In this document: positions 10,350-21,176 of the stretch, in pieces
Layout of the letters: each line of letters opens with the position of its first letter
Numbering within the stretch: the first letter of the stretch is position 1
Source of the DNA: Acidobacteriota bacterium
GTDB taxonomy: Bacteria > Acidobacteriota > UBA890 > WLXD01
Assembly: GCA_965205505.1 (NCBI GenBank)
Contig: CBDBHB010000009.1
Coordinates: 1,120,001 to 1,184,000, forward strand
Direction: 5' to 3'
DNA length: 64,000 bases
Notes under the pieces: model-generated
Database searches by the model: none
What the model was told of the DNA's origin: nothing
What the model saw: only the letters and a program-made list of their open reading frames with translations
Program-made: the position numbers and the translations under genes

Positions 10350-11477
10350 TCAATCGGACCCGCAGGGCAGGGCCGCCGCGCGGACGCGTGTGCTGGTCAG
10401 AAGAGCGTAGGCCAGCATGCCGACCGGAATGATCAGCTCCTTGTACTCGGTCGTGTCCCAAAGCCGGACAAAGTTCTGCCCGTTGATGAAGAAGACCAGC
10501 TGGGACAACAAGAAGATCCCTAGCACGGTGAGCGTGGATGCGCCGGCGCGCAGGGATCGACTTTGTACTTCGACCCATGCATACTAGACGAGAGTCCACA
10601 GGGTGAACCAGAAAGAGAACTGCACGAACGCGACGTTCCAGAAAACGTAGTTAAAAGAGAACGCCGGGGCGATGGCGAGCGCGACCGTTCGCGTAGGCAC
10701 GAACGCGGTCAATGAGCCTGCCCAGTCGAACAACCGCGTACGCTCATGAACCAGCGGCACAACAATGAAGAAGATGAACGTCCCGAAGTAGTAGGCGATC
10801 TCGAACACCGCCGTGGCCATGTTGTGAACGTTGAGCTCATCGCGCTCGCTCAGTGACCTGACAGCATCGGGCGTCTCCAGGTCGAAGACCCTTTGCAGCC
10901 AAGAAAGCTCCTCCATGCCGATGACGAAGCAGAGCACTCCCAGGCCCGCGGTGGCAACGAACATCATCTTGTTCACGCGTTGTTGCCTCACCGCGAGGTG
11001 CGCGGCCAACGCCGCAAACACCAGCGACGCGGCGAAGACCAGCAAAGCCGACCCCGTCTCCACAACGCCGTCCTCGAGACACAGCCGATAGAACCACTCA
11101 GGGTCGGCCAGGAAGATCCCCACTGACGCGAGGGGCACGGTCATCGCAACCAACGGCAGGTACGGCTCGTACCAGCTTGCGTCGGCACGCCTGTGGCCGC
11201 TGGCGCCGCGGCTCCGCCACACGACGGCGACGAAGAGGAAGATGGCGGAGATCGCCAGGACAAGGCCCCGCCACAGGAATGGCTCGGTGGCAAGGGGTCG
11301 CGTCTCGTCGGCCAGCACACCCAGACCAAAGATCGTGGCATCGGCCCAGATCACTAACGCGAATAGCTCGACTGCGGCCATCGCCAGGAGCGCGCTGCCG
11401 TCCCACGGCCGCATCTCGTACCAAGGGCGACCTGCGATCGGAGGCATGACCCGATCTGCCGTTCGATCAGCCATCAC
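10350..11477 (-). pseudogene. Multi-pass membrane protein with in-frame TAG at 10584-10586
   Basis: Many TM helices, EDGVVE, GMEELSWLQR, ELNVHN; frame continues after TAG with YAWVEV...RLWDTTEYKELII to TGA 10350. Confidence 0.7.
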
Positions 11478-11521
11478 GTCGTCGTTCCTCGTTTGCGCCG
11501 ACCGGCTGCACAGACCGGTTG

Positions 11522-13125
11522 TTAGTTACCCGTGTCGGTAGTTGGGGTAGCGGCATCGGTGCCAGACCTCGACGACAGCAAGTGGACAGACCAGTCACGA
11601 TCACGAAATAGTCGTGGAAGACGGGTCTCGGTGGCGCGCCCGTACAACAAGAGATAACGAGCGCCGTACTTTCGGCCCAGGCGCAAATAGTCCGCATCGG
11701 GCAGGCTGTGAAAGTTGTGGTCGATCTCGTCGGCCGCGGCGTAGCCAGTCCTGTAGGGCTGTTCGCCGCCATTGAGATCGACGAGGCGCGCGTACCATTC
11801 TTCAATGCCAACATCGCTGGATGGGATGTTGCGGAACGACACGATCACCGGCCGCTCACATAAGTAGTTGACCAGGCTGTTCTCCGGCGAGACGAGCAAG
11901 AGGCTCCCGACTGGGGTGCGTTCGCGGACCCACTCACACGAGTTGTGAAACGCGGTTGTCGATCCATAGCCGCCGGCAACTCCGCCGCGCGGGAATTCGC
12001 GCCGATGTTCGAGCCCGTCGGCGAACCCTTCCCATGCGAAAATGGTCAGGGCGATCACCGCCACAGCCGCTACGAGTGCCCGGGCGCGCGGCTGGACCAC
12101 GTGGCGGAACGCGGCAGGCACAACAACCAATAGACCGAACAGCGGTATGAGCGTGTCGGCCACTCGGAAGGGCAGATAGTGTGTGAGCGTCGCCCCGAAA
12201 GGTGTCGGCGCCAGCAGCAGCGTGGCTTCGAACGGTACGAGCGTAAAAAGGGCGAACCGCGACACGACCCGAAGTTGCTGGCGTGCCGGATACAGCTTCG
12301 GGACGCCGACCAAGGGGCGACGCACAGAAACCAAAGCAACAGCGCGCGCGGCTCGTCCCAGGGCCACCGACTGATATCCGTATAGTGCGGGTTGCGAAAA
12401 TCGTTCCATATGACGCTGACGTCAAAACCGGCGGAAGCCGAGGGCTCCCCGAGCCGCACGAAAACCGCGTAGAAGGCATACGCAGCCCCCATGCACCAGC
12501 TCAGGCCCGCGACCACCCGGGCGCGCCAGCTGCCCAACCTCTCAGCCAAGATCGTCAGGCCAAGCGCCACGCTGGCCCAGAATCCCACCAGGATGTGCAT
12601 AGTGGTGGCGAGCCCGCCGAGCATTCCGGCAGTCGCGATCCGCCGGTCCATCAGCGCGCGAACGGCGAATAGCACCAAGCCGTAGGCGATGACCTTGGAC
12701 TCGGCGCGCCGGAAGATCCACTCGCGCCCGGGTATCGCCGCTTGATCGAGGAAGATGAAGAGCCCCAACGCTATCCAGATGTAGGGCGCCGGCAGGCGCA
12801 GTCGGTGGCCGATGAGCCCCAGTCCCGCGGCAGCCACGAGGTAGCCCAGGAGCCGTGCCCAAAGCGACACGTCCTGCAGCGGCATTGTCTGCACGAGTGG
12901 GTACACGAAGACTTGGTAGGGGATCCGCGTTGGCTGGTACTGGCTCAGGTACCAATCACCGGGCAGGAAGCCCGGATCTGCGTACTGCTTGGCGTATACT
13001 AGCGTCTGCGACTCGCTGTATGCCATGGGGTACTTTAGGCTGTAGTGGAGCGCCGCCAGAAGGAACAAACCGAGGATGATGATCGTCGGCGAGCGTGCCC
13101 AGAGCTTCAACCTTCGCTTGTTCAT
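11522..13125 (-). pseudogene. DUF6798-like (GT-C-like) integral membrane protein, frameshifted near 12315
   Basis: Two overlapping ORFs join into one protein: YADPGFLPGDWYL, HILVG, FRNPHY, then ERPVIVSFRNIPS..EEWYARL..KYGARYLL; family call from recalled motifs. Confidence 0.7.
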
Positions 13126-13805
13126 GCCACGTCATCCTCTGGCTTGGTAAGCGAGACGAGGCGGAATACGCCCCTCGCCTCGAGGACTTCGCACTTCCAT
13201 GCGGCTAGCAGGCACAGTTCCCGAACGTGCAACAACAGCAGGATGCGACCGCCGGGGTCGAGATGGTCCGGCGCTTGATCGAGGAAGCGGCAGATCAGCC
13301 GGCCGCGCGAGCGGCGCACGATGGCGTAGGCGATCGTCCGAACGATCGGGTTCTCCTTCGGTAGCAGCGATTTGAGCAGCTCGACCCAGCCGACGGCGAA
13401 CGTCGACCGAGCATGGCCGAAAGGCGGGTTGAAAAGGATGAGCGCATAGCTCGACTGCACGCGCTCGAATAGATTCGAAGCAAACACGTTGGGTGCGCAG
13501 CCAGCGCGGTCGGCGTTGTAACGTGCCTGCCGGATCGCGGCTGGGCTGACATTGGTGGCGTCACACCGGATACCCGATCGTGTCAACGCGATGGCGATGA
13601 ACCCCGTACCCGTACCCATGTCCAGTGCGGTAGGCGGCGACAGGCGAATCGCGTGACGAGCCAGCATCCGGGTGTCGAAGTCAACTGGAGAGACCCCGAC
13701 AGCGTCGCGAACCCGTAGCTCCCCCACCGAGTCGATGGGCAGCTCATCCACCACCAGGTGCGCGAAGGCAGTAGCGTGCCGAAAACTATCCGAGCTGGCG
13801 CTCAT
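13122..13805 (-). CDS. Class I SAM-dependent methyltransferase (HemK-like NPPF)
   Basis: LDMGTGTGFIA, SNLF, ILFNPPF. Confidence 0.82.
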   Translation of the reverse strand: MSASSDSFRHATAFAHLVVDELPIDSVGELRVRDAVGVSPVDFDTRMLARHAIRLSPPTALDMGTGTGFIAIALTRSGIRCDATNVSPAAIRQARYNADRAGCAPNVFASNLFERVQSSYALILFNPPFGHARSTFAVGWVELLKSLLPKENPIVRTIAYAIVRRSRGRLICRFLDQAPDHLDPGGRILLLLHVRELCLLAAWKCEVLEARGVFRLVSLTKPEDDVA

Positions 13806-14873
13806 GCCAGCGCCTCGAACACTGCGATGGCGTTCGGTGAACCCGGCCGCGCCATGAACTCGCTTGCTCCGTGTTGCTTGGCAAAGGCGCGTAGGCTGGC
13901 GAGGTCATGCCGGAAGCTGTACGCCCCGATGCCAGGGTTGGTCAGGTGGTTGGCGAGGCGCGCGAGCCATTTGACAGGGTGGTTCGACACGTTCTCGATC
14001 GGCTCGCTCACGATCACCGCTCGCCGCGCGGCTCGACGCATTCGGGTGAGAAGCTCCCCCTCGCAGTCGCGGAAGTGATAGAAGCTCGAGCACATGACTA
14101 CGTAATCGGCCGAAGCGATCGGGTCGCCCGGTAGCCTGACAAACCGAGCGTCGACTCCCCGTCTGCGAAGTCCGCCCAAGAAGTGCGCCGTTGAAGTCCA
14201 TCCCCACGTAAGTGCAGGCCTTCGCCGCCAGGTACCGCGTGAAGAGCGTTGCGGGCCCGCAACAAAGATCGGTGACGGAGCTGCCTGCAGGAATCCGCGC
14301 CGCGACGTCGGCCAGAACACGCCCGGGTGACTCGCCCAGCAAAATCTCCGCCATCCCATACCCGGCGCGAGTCCAGTAGACCGGCGACTTGTCCAGGTAC
14401 CCCATTCCGAGCCTCCTCCGTACGACCAGCAGCGCGCGCAGATCCTCCAAGAACCCACCGCCGCTTGAGTTCGCGGCGCGCGCCGCACCACCCTCCTCGA
14501 GTGCTGGCACCTCGGTGACTCGCAGGTTGCGGGCCGCTGCCTCGGCGATGGCTTCAATCACCAGAAAGCGATCGCTTCCCTTGATGTTCTCCATCAGGCC
14601 GCCCGCTTCCCGACGATCTACCAAGATCCAAGCGATCGAATCCGGATCGATCGCAACCCCCACGAGAGCGCGCGTCAGAAGGCGAAACGCTCGGGCGGAC
14701 TCGTGCCCGGGGAGTCGCCCAACCACCACAGCGCTACCCTGTGACACCCGCCGCTGTGCGATCTCCAGCTCTTCCGGGGCGGGACCTGTTGGCCGGAAGG
14801 ACAAACCCGACAACCACGCAGCAGCCGACGCAGCTGGGTGTGCCTGCGCGTCGAGATTCAACGGAATACTCAT
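13802..14873 (-). pseudogene. Degenerate GT2-like N-terminus fused to a class I methyltransferase, frameshifted near 14186
   Basis: VTDLCCGPA..VGMDFN in one frame, then ADYVVMCSSFYHF..AVIVSEP in the next. Confidence 0.6.
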
Positions 14874-14949
14874 CTTTCACCCACAGCCGTTTTCCGACTA
14901 ACGGCAGTCGGTGATATCGGGTGCCCTACGGGCCTCCGATTTTCGGCCA

Positions 14950-15030
14950 GGACTGCTAAGAAACAGCTTCTAAATCACACTAAAACACATTAACACATAC
15001 TTATACATAGTAACTACTAGATACGATCAT
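14950..15030 (-). promoter_or_regulatory. AT-rich promoter block of the leftward operon
   Basis: AT-rich stretch with phased ACAT repeats upstream of 14873. Confidence 0.5.
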
Positions 15031-15485
15031 GCAAAGTGCGCAAGGCACGTTTTCCGTGCACGGCTCCCGTTCGCCATCCGCGGCTCTCGCTGCTTGCCGC
15101 GTCTGCGACCTGTCTCAGCGCGGCACGACGTAGGCGCCGGCGATGCGGCCTTGGAGGCCACCTTCTTTTGACAACGGCAGCAAATGCTCCGACGAACCGC
15201 AGGATTGGCGGAACGAGCCACATCCACGGCGGGAGCGAGACCAGGTTCGCCAGGGGCCGGCTGGCCCGAAGAAGAAGCGGCTCGGCTCCGATTCGGCTCG
15301 ACTTCGCCTGCTCCGGGGGGAAGCTACAAGGATCGGGTCAGGTGCCGATCTCATGTATATCTCGACGCTGAGGAGAAGAAGCTGCGGCGGTTGGATGAGA
15401 GTTCCTGCCGCCCAAAACATAGAACGGGCCCACCGTGGCAGCCGCAAGCGAACCGCGATGGCCCTAACCGAAGGAGGCCTAGGAA

Positions 15486-15740
15486 ATGGCCGAAGCAACA
15501 CACCGACGTCGCCGCCGGCGAGCTCCAGCGCATCGCGATTACGGAGTCTTCCGTGACGGCACAGTGATTCGAATAACCCATCCACGCCAAGTACGGGAGA
15601 TATTCCGCAGCTTGGTCGCGCTGGCCGAGAAACCTGATTGCGGGGCGACGCTAGATCGCGTTGGCGCGATCATCGCCGAGGTTTGCGTCCCGTTGGACGG
15701 ACTGGAGGAGTCGGTCGAGGAGATGGTTTTCTCGGTCTGA
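15486..15740 (+). CDS. Small hypothetical protein, copy 1 (EKPxCG..DRxG..ExCxP)
   Basis: AAGGAGG RBS; ungapped paralog at 21410-21613. Confidence 0.7.
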   Translation: MAEATHRRRRRRAPAHRDYGVFRDGTVIRITHPRQVREIFRSLVALAEKPDCGATLDRVGAIIAEVCVPLDGLEESVEEMVFSV

Positions 15741-15794
15741 TTCGCGCAAAGGGTCGGCGCGCGCCGGCCTTTTGCCCGGCTTAGAAATCTCACC
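15736..15794 (+). repeat. Conserved structured element after small ORF, copy 1 (terminator-like hairpin plus CGGCTTAGAAATCTCACC)
   Basis: 55/59 identical to 21609-21667. Confidence 0.85.
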
Positions 15795-15841
15795 ATAGAC
15801 GAGACACCGGGAAGCTGAGTCCGCGCTCGGGCTGGTCCAAC

Positions 15842-15884
15842 TGTCTACCGTTAGACAAAAGTTGTGTCCAACGCTGGACATAAT
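15842..15884. promoter_or_regulatory. Tandem palindromic operators TGTCYA-N4-TRGACA overlapping a -10-like CATAAT
   Basis: TGTCTA-CCGT-TAGACA (15842-15857) and TGTCCA-ACGC-TGGACA (15865-15880). Confidence 0.6.
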
Positions 15885-16108
15885 ACCGGCGTAACGTTCA
15901 TCAGCGTCGGCATGGGCGGGCCGCGACTTGCCGTCTAGGCCGATGACGCGCTCGGGCTGAACTGGGGAATCCTCCGGTGGGAGGCCATTCGCCACAGGAG
16001 TTGACGCTAACGGCGTTCGACTCCGGTGCTCGGCCGATCGGAAAGAGGCGAAGCAAGGCCAACGCTGCCCCGGTGTGCGTGCGTGGCCGGGGACGTTAGC
16101 AGGGCGTT

Positions 16109-16270
16109 GGACCCGCCCCCGTTGGATCTCGCACGCTCCGGCGATAGGCTTCATGCGCTTACCCGCCCTGCTTCGGGAGCGCCATGGACCCCGGCACCAC
16201 CAAACTAGGCCCCTACGAGATCACCCAGCAGCTCGGTGCTGGCGGCATGGGAGAGGTGTACCGAGCACGC
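16109..16270 (+). repeat. Kinase 5' head element (promoter, leader and P-loop codons), paralogous to 58035-58187 on the minus strand
   Basis: Shared CTCGC.CGC.CCGGCG.TAGGCTTCA...CGG.AGCGCCATGGA.CCCGGCAC with identical TAGGCT-to-ATG spacing. Confidence 0.8.
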
Positions 16271-18378
16271 AGCCACCGCCCTCTCCGGTGCGCAGCTTTG
16301 CTGCTCGCCGTCCTGCTGGCCCCGAGCTGCTCGGGCCTTGACTCGGGTCCGTCGCCCCTGACCGCCGAGGTTCCCCTACACCTTGAGGAACACCTCGACG
16401 TGGCCACCAACGTGGGCTCTGAGGTGCCGGCAGATGCTCCGGCCGTTATGGAGTGGCGCTTCGACAAGCCGCAGGAGGATTGGAAGCCGGTAGTCCCGTG
16501 GAACCCCACGATCGATCCGGTCGAGGTCACGCAGCTCGACGACGCGCTTCGAGTCACTCTGACGGACGGGACGAAGAATCCTGGCGGCCGCGCAAGGGGC
16601 GGCCTCGTTCTCGAGGTGCCCGATTGGAACTACGAGGATCTGGCGCACCTCATGGTACGTGCTCGCACCTCCGATGATGTCAGGGGCTTCCAGATATTCT
16701 TCAATCGACGCGAGGGGACCGGTACGGATACAAGCGGCCCCAATCCATTTCAGCACGGAGGCGATGGGGCGCCTGTTGTAAGCGACGGTACGGTGCAGAC
16801 CTACCGGGCGCGGCTGGATTACTTGGGGGGCATCCGCCACCGGAAGAACCGATTCGGCAGATCGCCCTGTGGTTGGCGGCCGATGATCTGGCCAGCATCG
16901 ACATCCTTTCCATCACACTGATCCCGAAGGTGGCTAACTACGCCGACGCGGGCGCGGCCTCGCGCACGGAAATCCGCAACCGGGTCCATCGGCAGGCTCT
17001 GTATACGCACACGCCGGGACGCGTGGAGTATCCGGTGAAGATCCCGGAGGGTGGCCGGCTCGACTTCGCCATGGGTGTTTTGCGAGAGGATGTGCCCGTG
17101 ACTTTTCGGGTTACGGCGATCATCCCTGATGGTACTGAGGGTGGTGAACCGACCGCGCTGTTCGAGGAGCACTATGCGGACAAGGAGGCCTGGGGCCAGC
17201 GTTCGGTGGATCTGGCTGACCTTGCTGGCCAGACTGTGACGCTTGGCCTGGAGGCCGACTCCGAGGCCGGCGGGCGGGTTGCTTTGTGGGGAGCGCCGAC
17301 CTTGACGGGCGGCGGGCAATCGCCCCTTCCCAACGTCATCTTCTACGTCTTCGACGGTGGTGCGGCAGACTACATGAGCGTTTACGGCTACAACCGTCGC
17401 ACGACCCCGACCCTGGAGCGGCTGGCCTCGGAGGGCGTCGTGTTCGAGCGAGCCTACAGCAATTCCTCCTGGACCATGCCCTCGACGGCCTCCTTCATGA
17501 CTTCCCTACAAACGAGTGTGACGGGCGGCTCGCTCCGCCCCGGCAGCACCAACCCTGTGCCTGCTGAGGCCGTGACCATGGCCGAGCACATGCACCAGGC
17601 CGGCTACCAGACTGCGGTGTTCACGGGCAACCCCAACGCCGGGACTTTGAGCGATCTCCAGCGCGGCGTCGATCTGTTCCGGGAGGACTGGGCAGAATTC
17701 TCCTACGGTGAGAATAATCACAAGGAGTCCTCAAAGTACCTCCACGAGGGATTCTGGAGCTGGCGGGAGGACTATCCCAGGCAGCCGTTCTGGGCCCACT
17801 TCCAGACCACTGACACGCACGGGGACTTTCCGGCTCCGCCACCCTTCGGCGGGCTCTTTGTCACTGCGGATGAGTGGGAGAGCTGGAATGAGTCGTTTTC
17901 GCGCCTGGACGAGTCCGACGGGCCTGGTCCCACCCTGCTCGACCTGGTGGGGCTGCCCCCTGCCGAGATCGCACAAGGGCAATCGCTGGCTCCTCTGATG
18001 TTGGGTCGAGAGGGATGGGAGCCGCGCCCGGTGATCCTCGACGAGTTCTATGCCGATACCGCGACCGGCGAACTGTTGGGCGTCATTGAGGTAGTGGACG
18101 GCCGCTGGGGCGCTTCGCTGGAGATTAATCCGGGTCCAGAGAAGCGACCGGAGACGCAACGCCCCGTCCCCCTGCTGCTCTACGACCTCTGGAACGATCC
18201 GATGGCTTTGTGGAGCGTGCACGAGGAACGGCCCGACCTCGTCCAGAAGTACACCGCCTTCCTTGAGGCGCAGTTCGAGGCGCACCAGTTGCTGGCGAAG
18301 CAGTTCACGCCAGGCGAGGACTAGCCACTGACCCCGGAGCAGCTACGGTCCTCTTCGGGCACTTGGCTACATCCAGTG
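16184..18378 (+). pseudogene. Chimeric, decayed gene: kinase N-terminal 29 codons fused to a lipoprotein sulfatase-like hydrolase
   Basis: LGAGGMGEVYRAR then signal peptide; PNVIFYVFD, YGYNRRTTPTL, SSWTMPS; frameshift in G-run near 16825, apparent internal deletion near 17930, TAG 18322, shifted LRALGYIQ tail. Confidence 0.78.
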
Positions 18379-18389
18379 AGTTGAAGAGG

Positions 18390-21077
18390 ATGATCGGGCA
18401 AAACGCTCGGCCACTACGAGATTCTCGACTGCCTCGGTGCAGGCCACGATCCAGCGTCGTATCGCGTGCTCGATACACCTCGCCCATGCCGCATGTCGCC
18501 ATCAAGGTGCTGCCGGAGGACTTCGCCAGCGATGCTGGTCGGCTGGCTCGGTTCGAGCGCGAAGCCAAGCTGCTCGCGTCGCTGAATCATCCCAACATCG
18601 CCACGATCTTCGGCTTCGAGGAAACGGACGGTGTGCGCTTCATCGCCATGGAGCTGGTGGAGGGACAAAGCCTCGCTGAGAGGATTGACGCGTCCGGTCG
18701 CATCGAAGTCGATGAGGCGCTGGAGACCGCCCGGCGGATCGCACTGGCGCTCGAAGCCGCTCACGAGGCCGGTGTCATCCATCGCGACTTGAAGCCGGCC
18801 AACGTGCAGGTGGCACCCGACGGCACCGTGAAGGTGCTCGATTTCGGCATCGCGAAGGTTCACAGGCCGGAGGTGTCATCGGATCTGAGCCAATCGCCCA
18901 CTGCGATGTTGCCTACGGGAACCGGCGTGATCATGGGGACGGCGCACTACATGAGCCCGGAGCAGGCTCGGGGTCTGCCAGTCGATAAGCGCACTGACAT
19001 CTGGTCGTTCGGCTGCGTGCTCTACGAGATGTTGACGGGTCGGACTCCCTTCGAGGGAGCAACGGTCATGGATGTGCTGACAGCGATCCTCGAGCGTGAG
19101 CCAGATTGGGCGGCAGTGCCGAAAACGACCTCCCCGCTCATCCAGCTTCTGCTGCGTCAGTGCCTGGAGAAAGAACCTGATCGGCGACTCCACGACATCG
19201 CCGATGCGCGCATTGGTATCGTCAATACCATCGCGGATCCAGACGGAGGCATCTCTCTGGCGGCTGGCTCTGGTGCGGCTGCAAAGCTCTCCTGGCGGCA
19301 AGCAATCCCGACACCAGTGGCTGCCGGTCTCGGCGTGGTGGCCGTGGTTACCATGTTCCTGGCCGTCTGGGGCTCCATGCGCGAGGTATCGCCACCGTCA
19401 GCACCAACAATGCGCCTGGACGTGACGTTAGCCAATCAGAATCTCTACCTCGGTCTTGGGTCAACACCCGTCTTGTCGCCGAATGGCTCGCACATCGCCT
19501 TCGTCACAGGAAACGCTAGCACTCAAAGCGAGCTGCACGTTCGCCTGCTCGCTCAGGCCGAGAGCACTCCCCTTCGTATCGGCGGTGTCTACGGGCCGTT
19601 CTTCTCCCCGGATGGCCAATGGGTGGGCTATTTCGATCTCCAGGAGGGGCTACAGAAAGTCTCTATCAGAGGCGGCGCACCCGAGACGATCCTCTCCGTA
19701 GGCGAGACAAATTTCCCGGGTGGGCAGGGCGCGAGCTGGGGGCTGGACGACAGGATCGTCTTTGCCCAGGCCGGTAGCGGCCTCCTTCGCATAGCAGCCA
19801 ACGGCGGAGAGCTGGAGTCGTTGACGCAACTCGGCGAGGGGGAGTCGCATAGGCGGCCGCAAATGCTACCTGGCGGCAAGGCAATCCTGTTTAGCTCCGT
19901 TGCGGCCGACAATTCATCTGTCGTCGAGATTCTCAATTTGGAGACGAGCGCGCGGAAGGTGGTGCAGCGGGGCTTCGGAGGACGCTACATACCTACGGGG
20001 CATTTGGTGTATGCCAATCAGCAGACCCTGTTTGCCGCCCCGTTCGATCTGGATGAACTGGAGGTAGTTGGCCCAGCCGTACCCATCGAGCAGGGGGTCG
20101 GAGTTCGTCGGCAACGAAGTACAGGGTTCAGCTTCTCGAACAGCGGAACAATGATCTACGCGAGAAATACCGTTTCTCGGTATTCCGTCGTGTGGGTGGA
20201 CCGAAACGGAGGAACAACGCCACTGTGGGATGACCCCGATCTCTATGATTCCCCTCGATTGTCGCCGGACGGCACACGGCTAGCCGTGAGCAACGAAAAC
20301 CATGACGTGTGGATCTATGACATCCAGCGCCGCGTGCCGAAGCGCCTGACCTTTGGCCCGCCGGACGCATACTACCCAGCCTGGTCGCCCGATGGGGAAT
20401 TCGTCGTATTCGAGCAGACCGACGGTTCGCGTTCTCGAATACTCCGAATCCGCGCCGACGGGGCAGGTCAGACCGAGCAACTGTTCGAGAACGACAACAG
20501 GACGATCCCGTATTCGTGGTCGGCGGATGGCAGGTTCCTGGCCTACGGCGATTTCCATCCAGAGACTGGCTGGGACATCTCGGTGTTGCCGCTTGAAGGA
20601 GATGATCGGGAACCGTTTGTCGTTGTAAACACCGACGGACTCGATGAGTACGCGGCCTTCTCGCCGAACGGTCGCTGGCTCGCGTATGACTCCGACCAAG
20701 AAATCTACGTCGAGCCGTACCCGCCTGGAGCAGGTAGGTCGCAGGTTTCCATCAATGGCGGAACCCAGCCCCGTTGGTCAATGGACGGTCGGGAGCTTTT
20801 CTATCGCACCGACTTCGGGATCATGGTTGTTGCTGTGAACACGGACGGCGATTCCTTCACCTTCGGCAGAGCGGAGCAGCTCTTTGCCGGAGCGTTCTTG
20901 GGCGGGCTAGACGGAATCAGCCGCCAAGGAGCGTACCCAGACTACGACGTGACGGGCGACGGCCAGCGCTTCGTGATGTTCCCCGACGATGGCCAAGGCC
21001 AGACCAGTAGCGGCCATGTGACGTTGGTCACCAACTGGTTCGACGAGCTCAAGCGGCTCGTGCCGACGGACCCGTAG
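18390..21077 (+). CDS. Ser/Thr protein kinase-TM-TolB/PD40 beta-propeller with scrambled Gly-rich loop
   Basis: VAIKVL, HRDLKPAN, VLDFG, YMSPEQ, DIWSFG; repeated SPDG; ends LVTNWFDELKRLVP. Confidence 0.9.
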   Translation: MIGQNARPLRDSRLPRCRPRSSVVSRARYTSPMPHVAIKVLPEDFASDAGRLARFEREAKLLASLNHPNIATIFGFEETDGVRFIAMELVEGQSLAERIDASGRIEVDEALETARRIALALEAAHEAGVIHRDLKPANVQVAPDGTVKVLDFGIAKVHRPEVSSDLSQSPTAMLPTGTGVIMGTAHYMSPEQARGLPVDKRTDIWSFGCVLYEMLTGRTPFEGATVMDVLTAILEREPDWAAVPKTTSPLIQLLLRQCLEKEPDRRLHDIADARIGIVNTIADPDGGISLAAGSGAAAKLSWRQAIPTPVAAGLGVVAVVTMFLAVWGSMREVSPPSAPTMRLDVTLANQNLYLGLGSTPVLSPNGSHIAFVTGNASTQSELHVRLLAQAESTPLRIGGVYGPFFSPDGQWVGYFDLQEGLQKVSIRGGAPETILSVGETNFPGGQGASWGLDDRIVFAQAGSGLLRIAANGGELESLTQLGEGESHRRPQMLPGGKAILFSSVAADNSSVVEILNLETSARKVVQRGFGGRYIPTGHLVYANQQTLFAAPFDLDELEVVGPAVPIEQGVGVRRQRSTGFSFSNSGTMIYARNTVSRYSVVWVDRNGGTTPLWDDPDLYDSPRLSPDGTRLAVSNENHDVWIYDIQRRVPKRLTFGPPDAYYPAWSPDGEFVVFEQTDGSRSRILRIRADGAGQTEQLFENDNRTIPYSWSADGRFLAYGDFHPETGWDISVLPLEGDDREPFVVVNTDGLDEYAAFSPNGRWLAYDSDQEIYVEPYPPGAGRSQVSINGGTQPRWSMDGRELFYRTDFGIMVVAVNTDGDSFTFGRAEQLFAGAFLGGLDGISRQGAYPDYDVTGDGQRFVMFPDDGQGQTSSGHVTLVTNWFDELKRLVPTDP

Positions 21078-21105
21078 CGTCATCAGCGGAGTCTCGCGAG
21101 CCGCC

Positions 21106-21176
21106 CAGCGACGTTCGATTCCGTTCGTCCGTGATGCCAGGACGGACACCAGTCGTATATCTGTTTAGCCGGCTCC
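21106..21176 (-). repeat. Kinase-unit 3' tail element, paralogous to 54829-54903
   Basis: AGCC-N2-CTAAACAGATAT-N2-GACTGGT..CCGTC..CACGG..GAATCG..CGTCGCTG present in both copies. Confidence 0.7.

Noticed and set aside
16010-16035. tRNA-like fragment GTTCGACTCC as an att remnant
   Set aside because: The T-stem does not pair and it does not match the tRNA-Pro 3' end.
16057-16113. Integron attC-like hairpin (GGCCAAC...GTTGGAC)
   Set aside because: The L boxes are not complementary at attC spacing, there is no array of such sites and no integron integrase.
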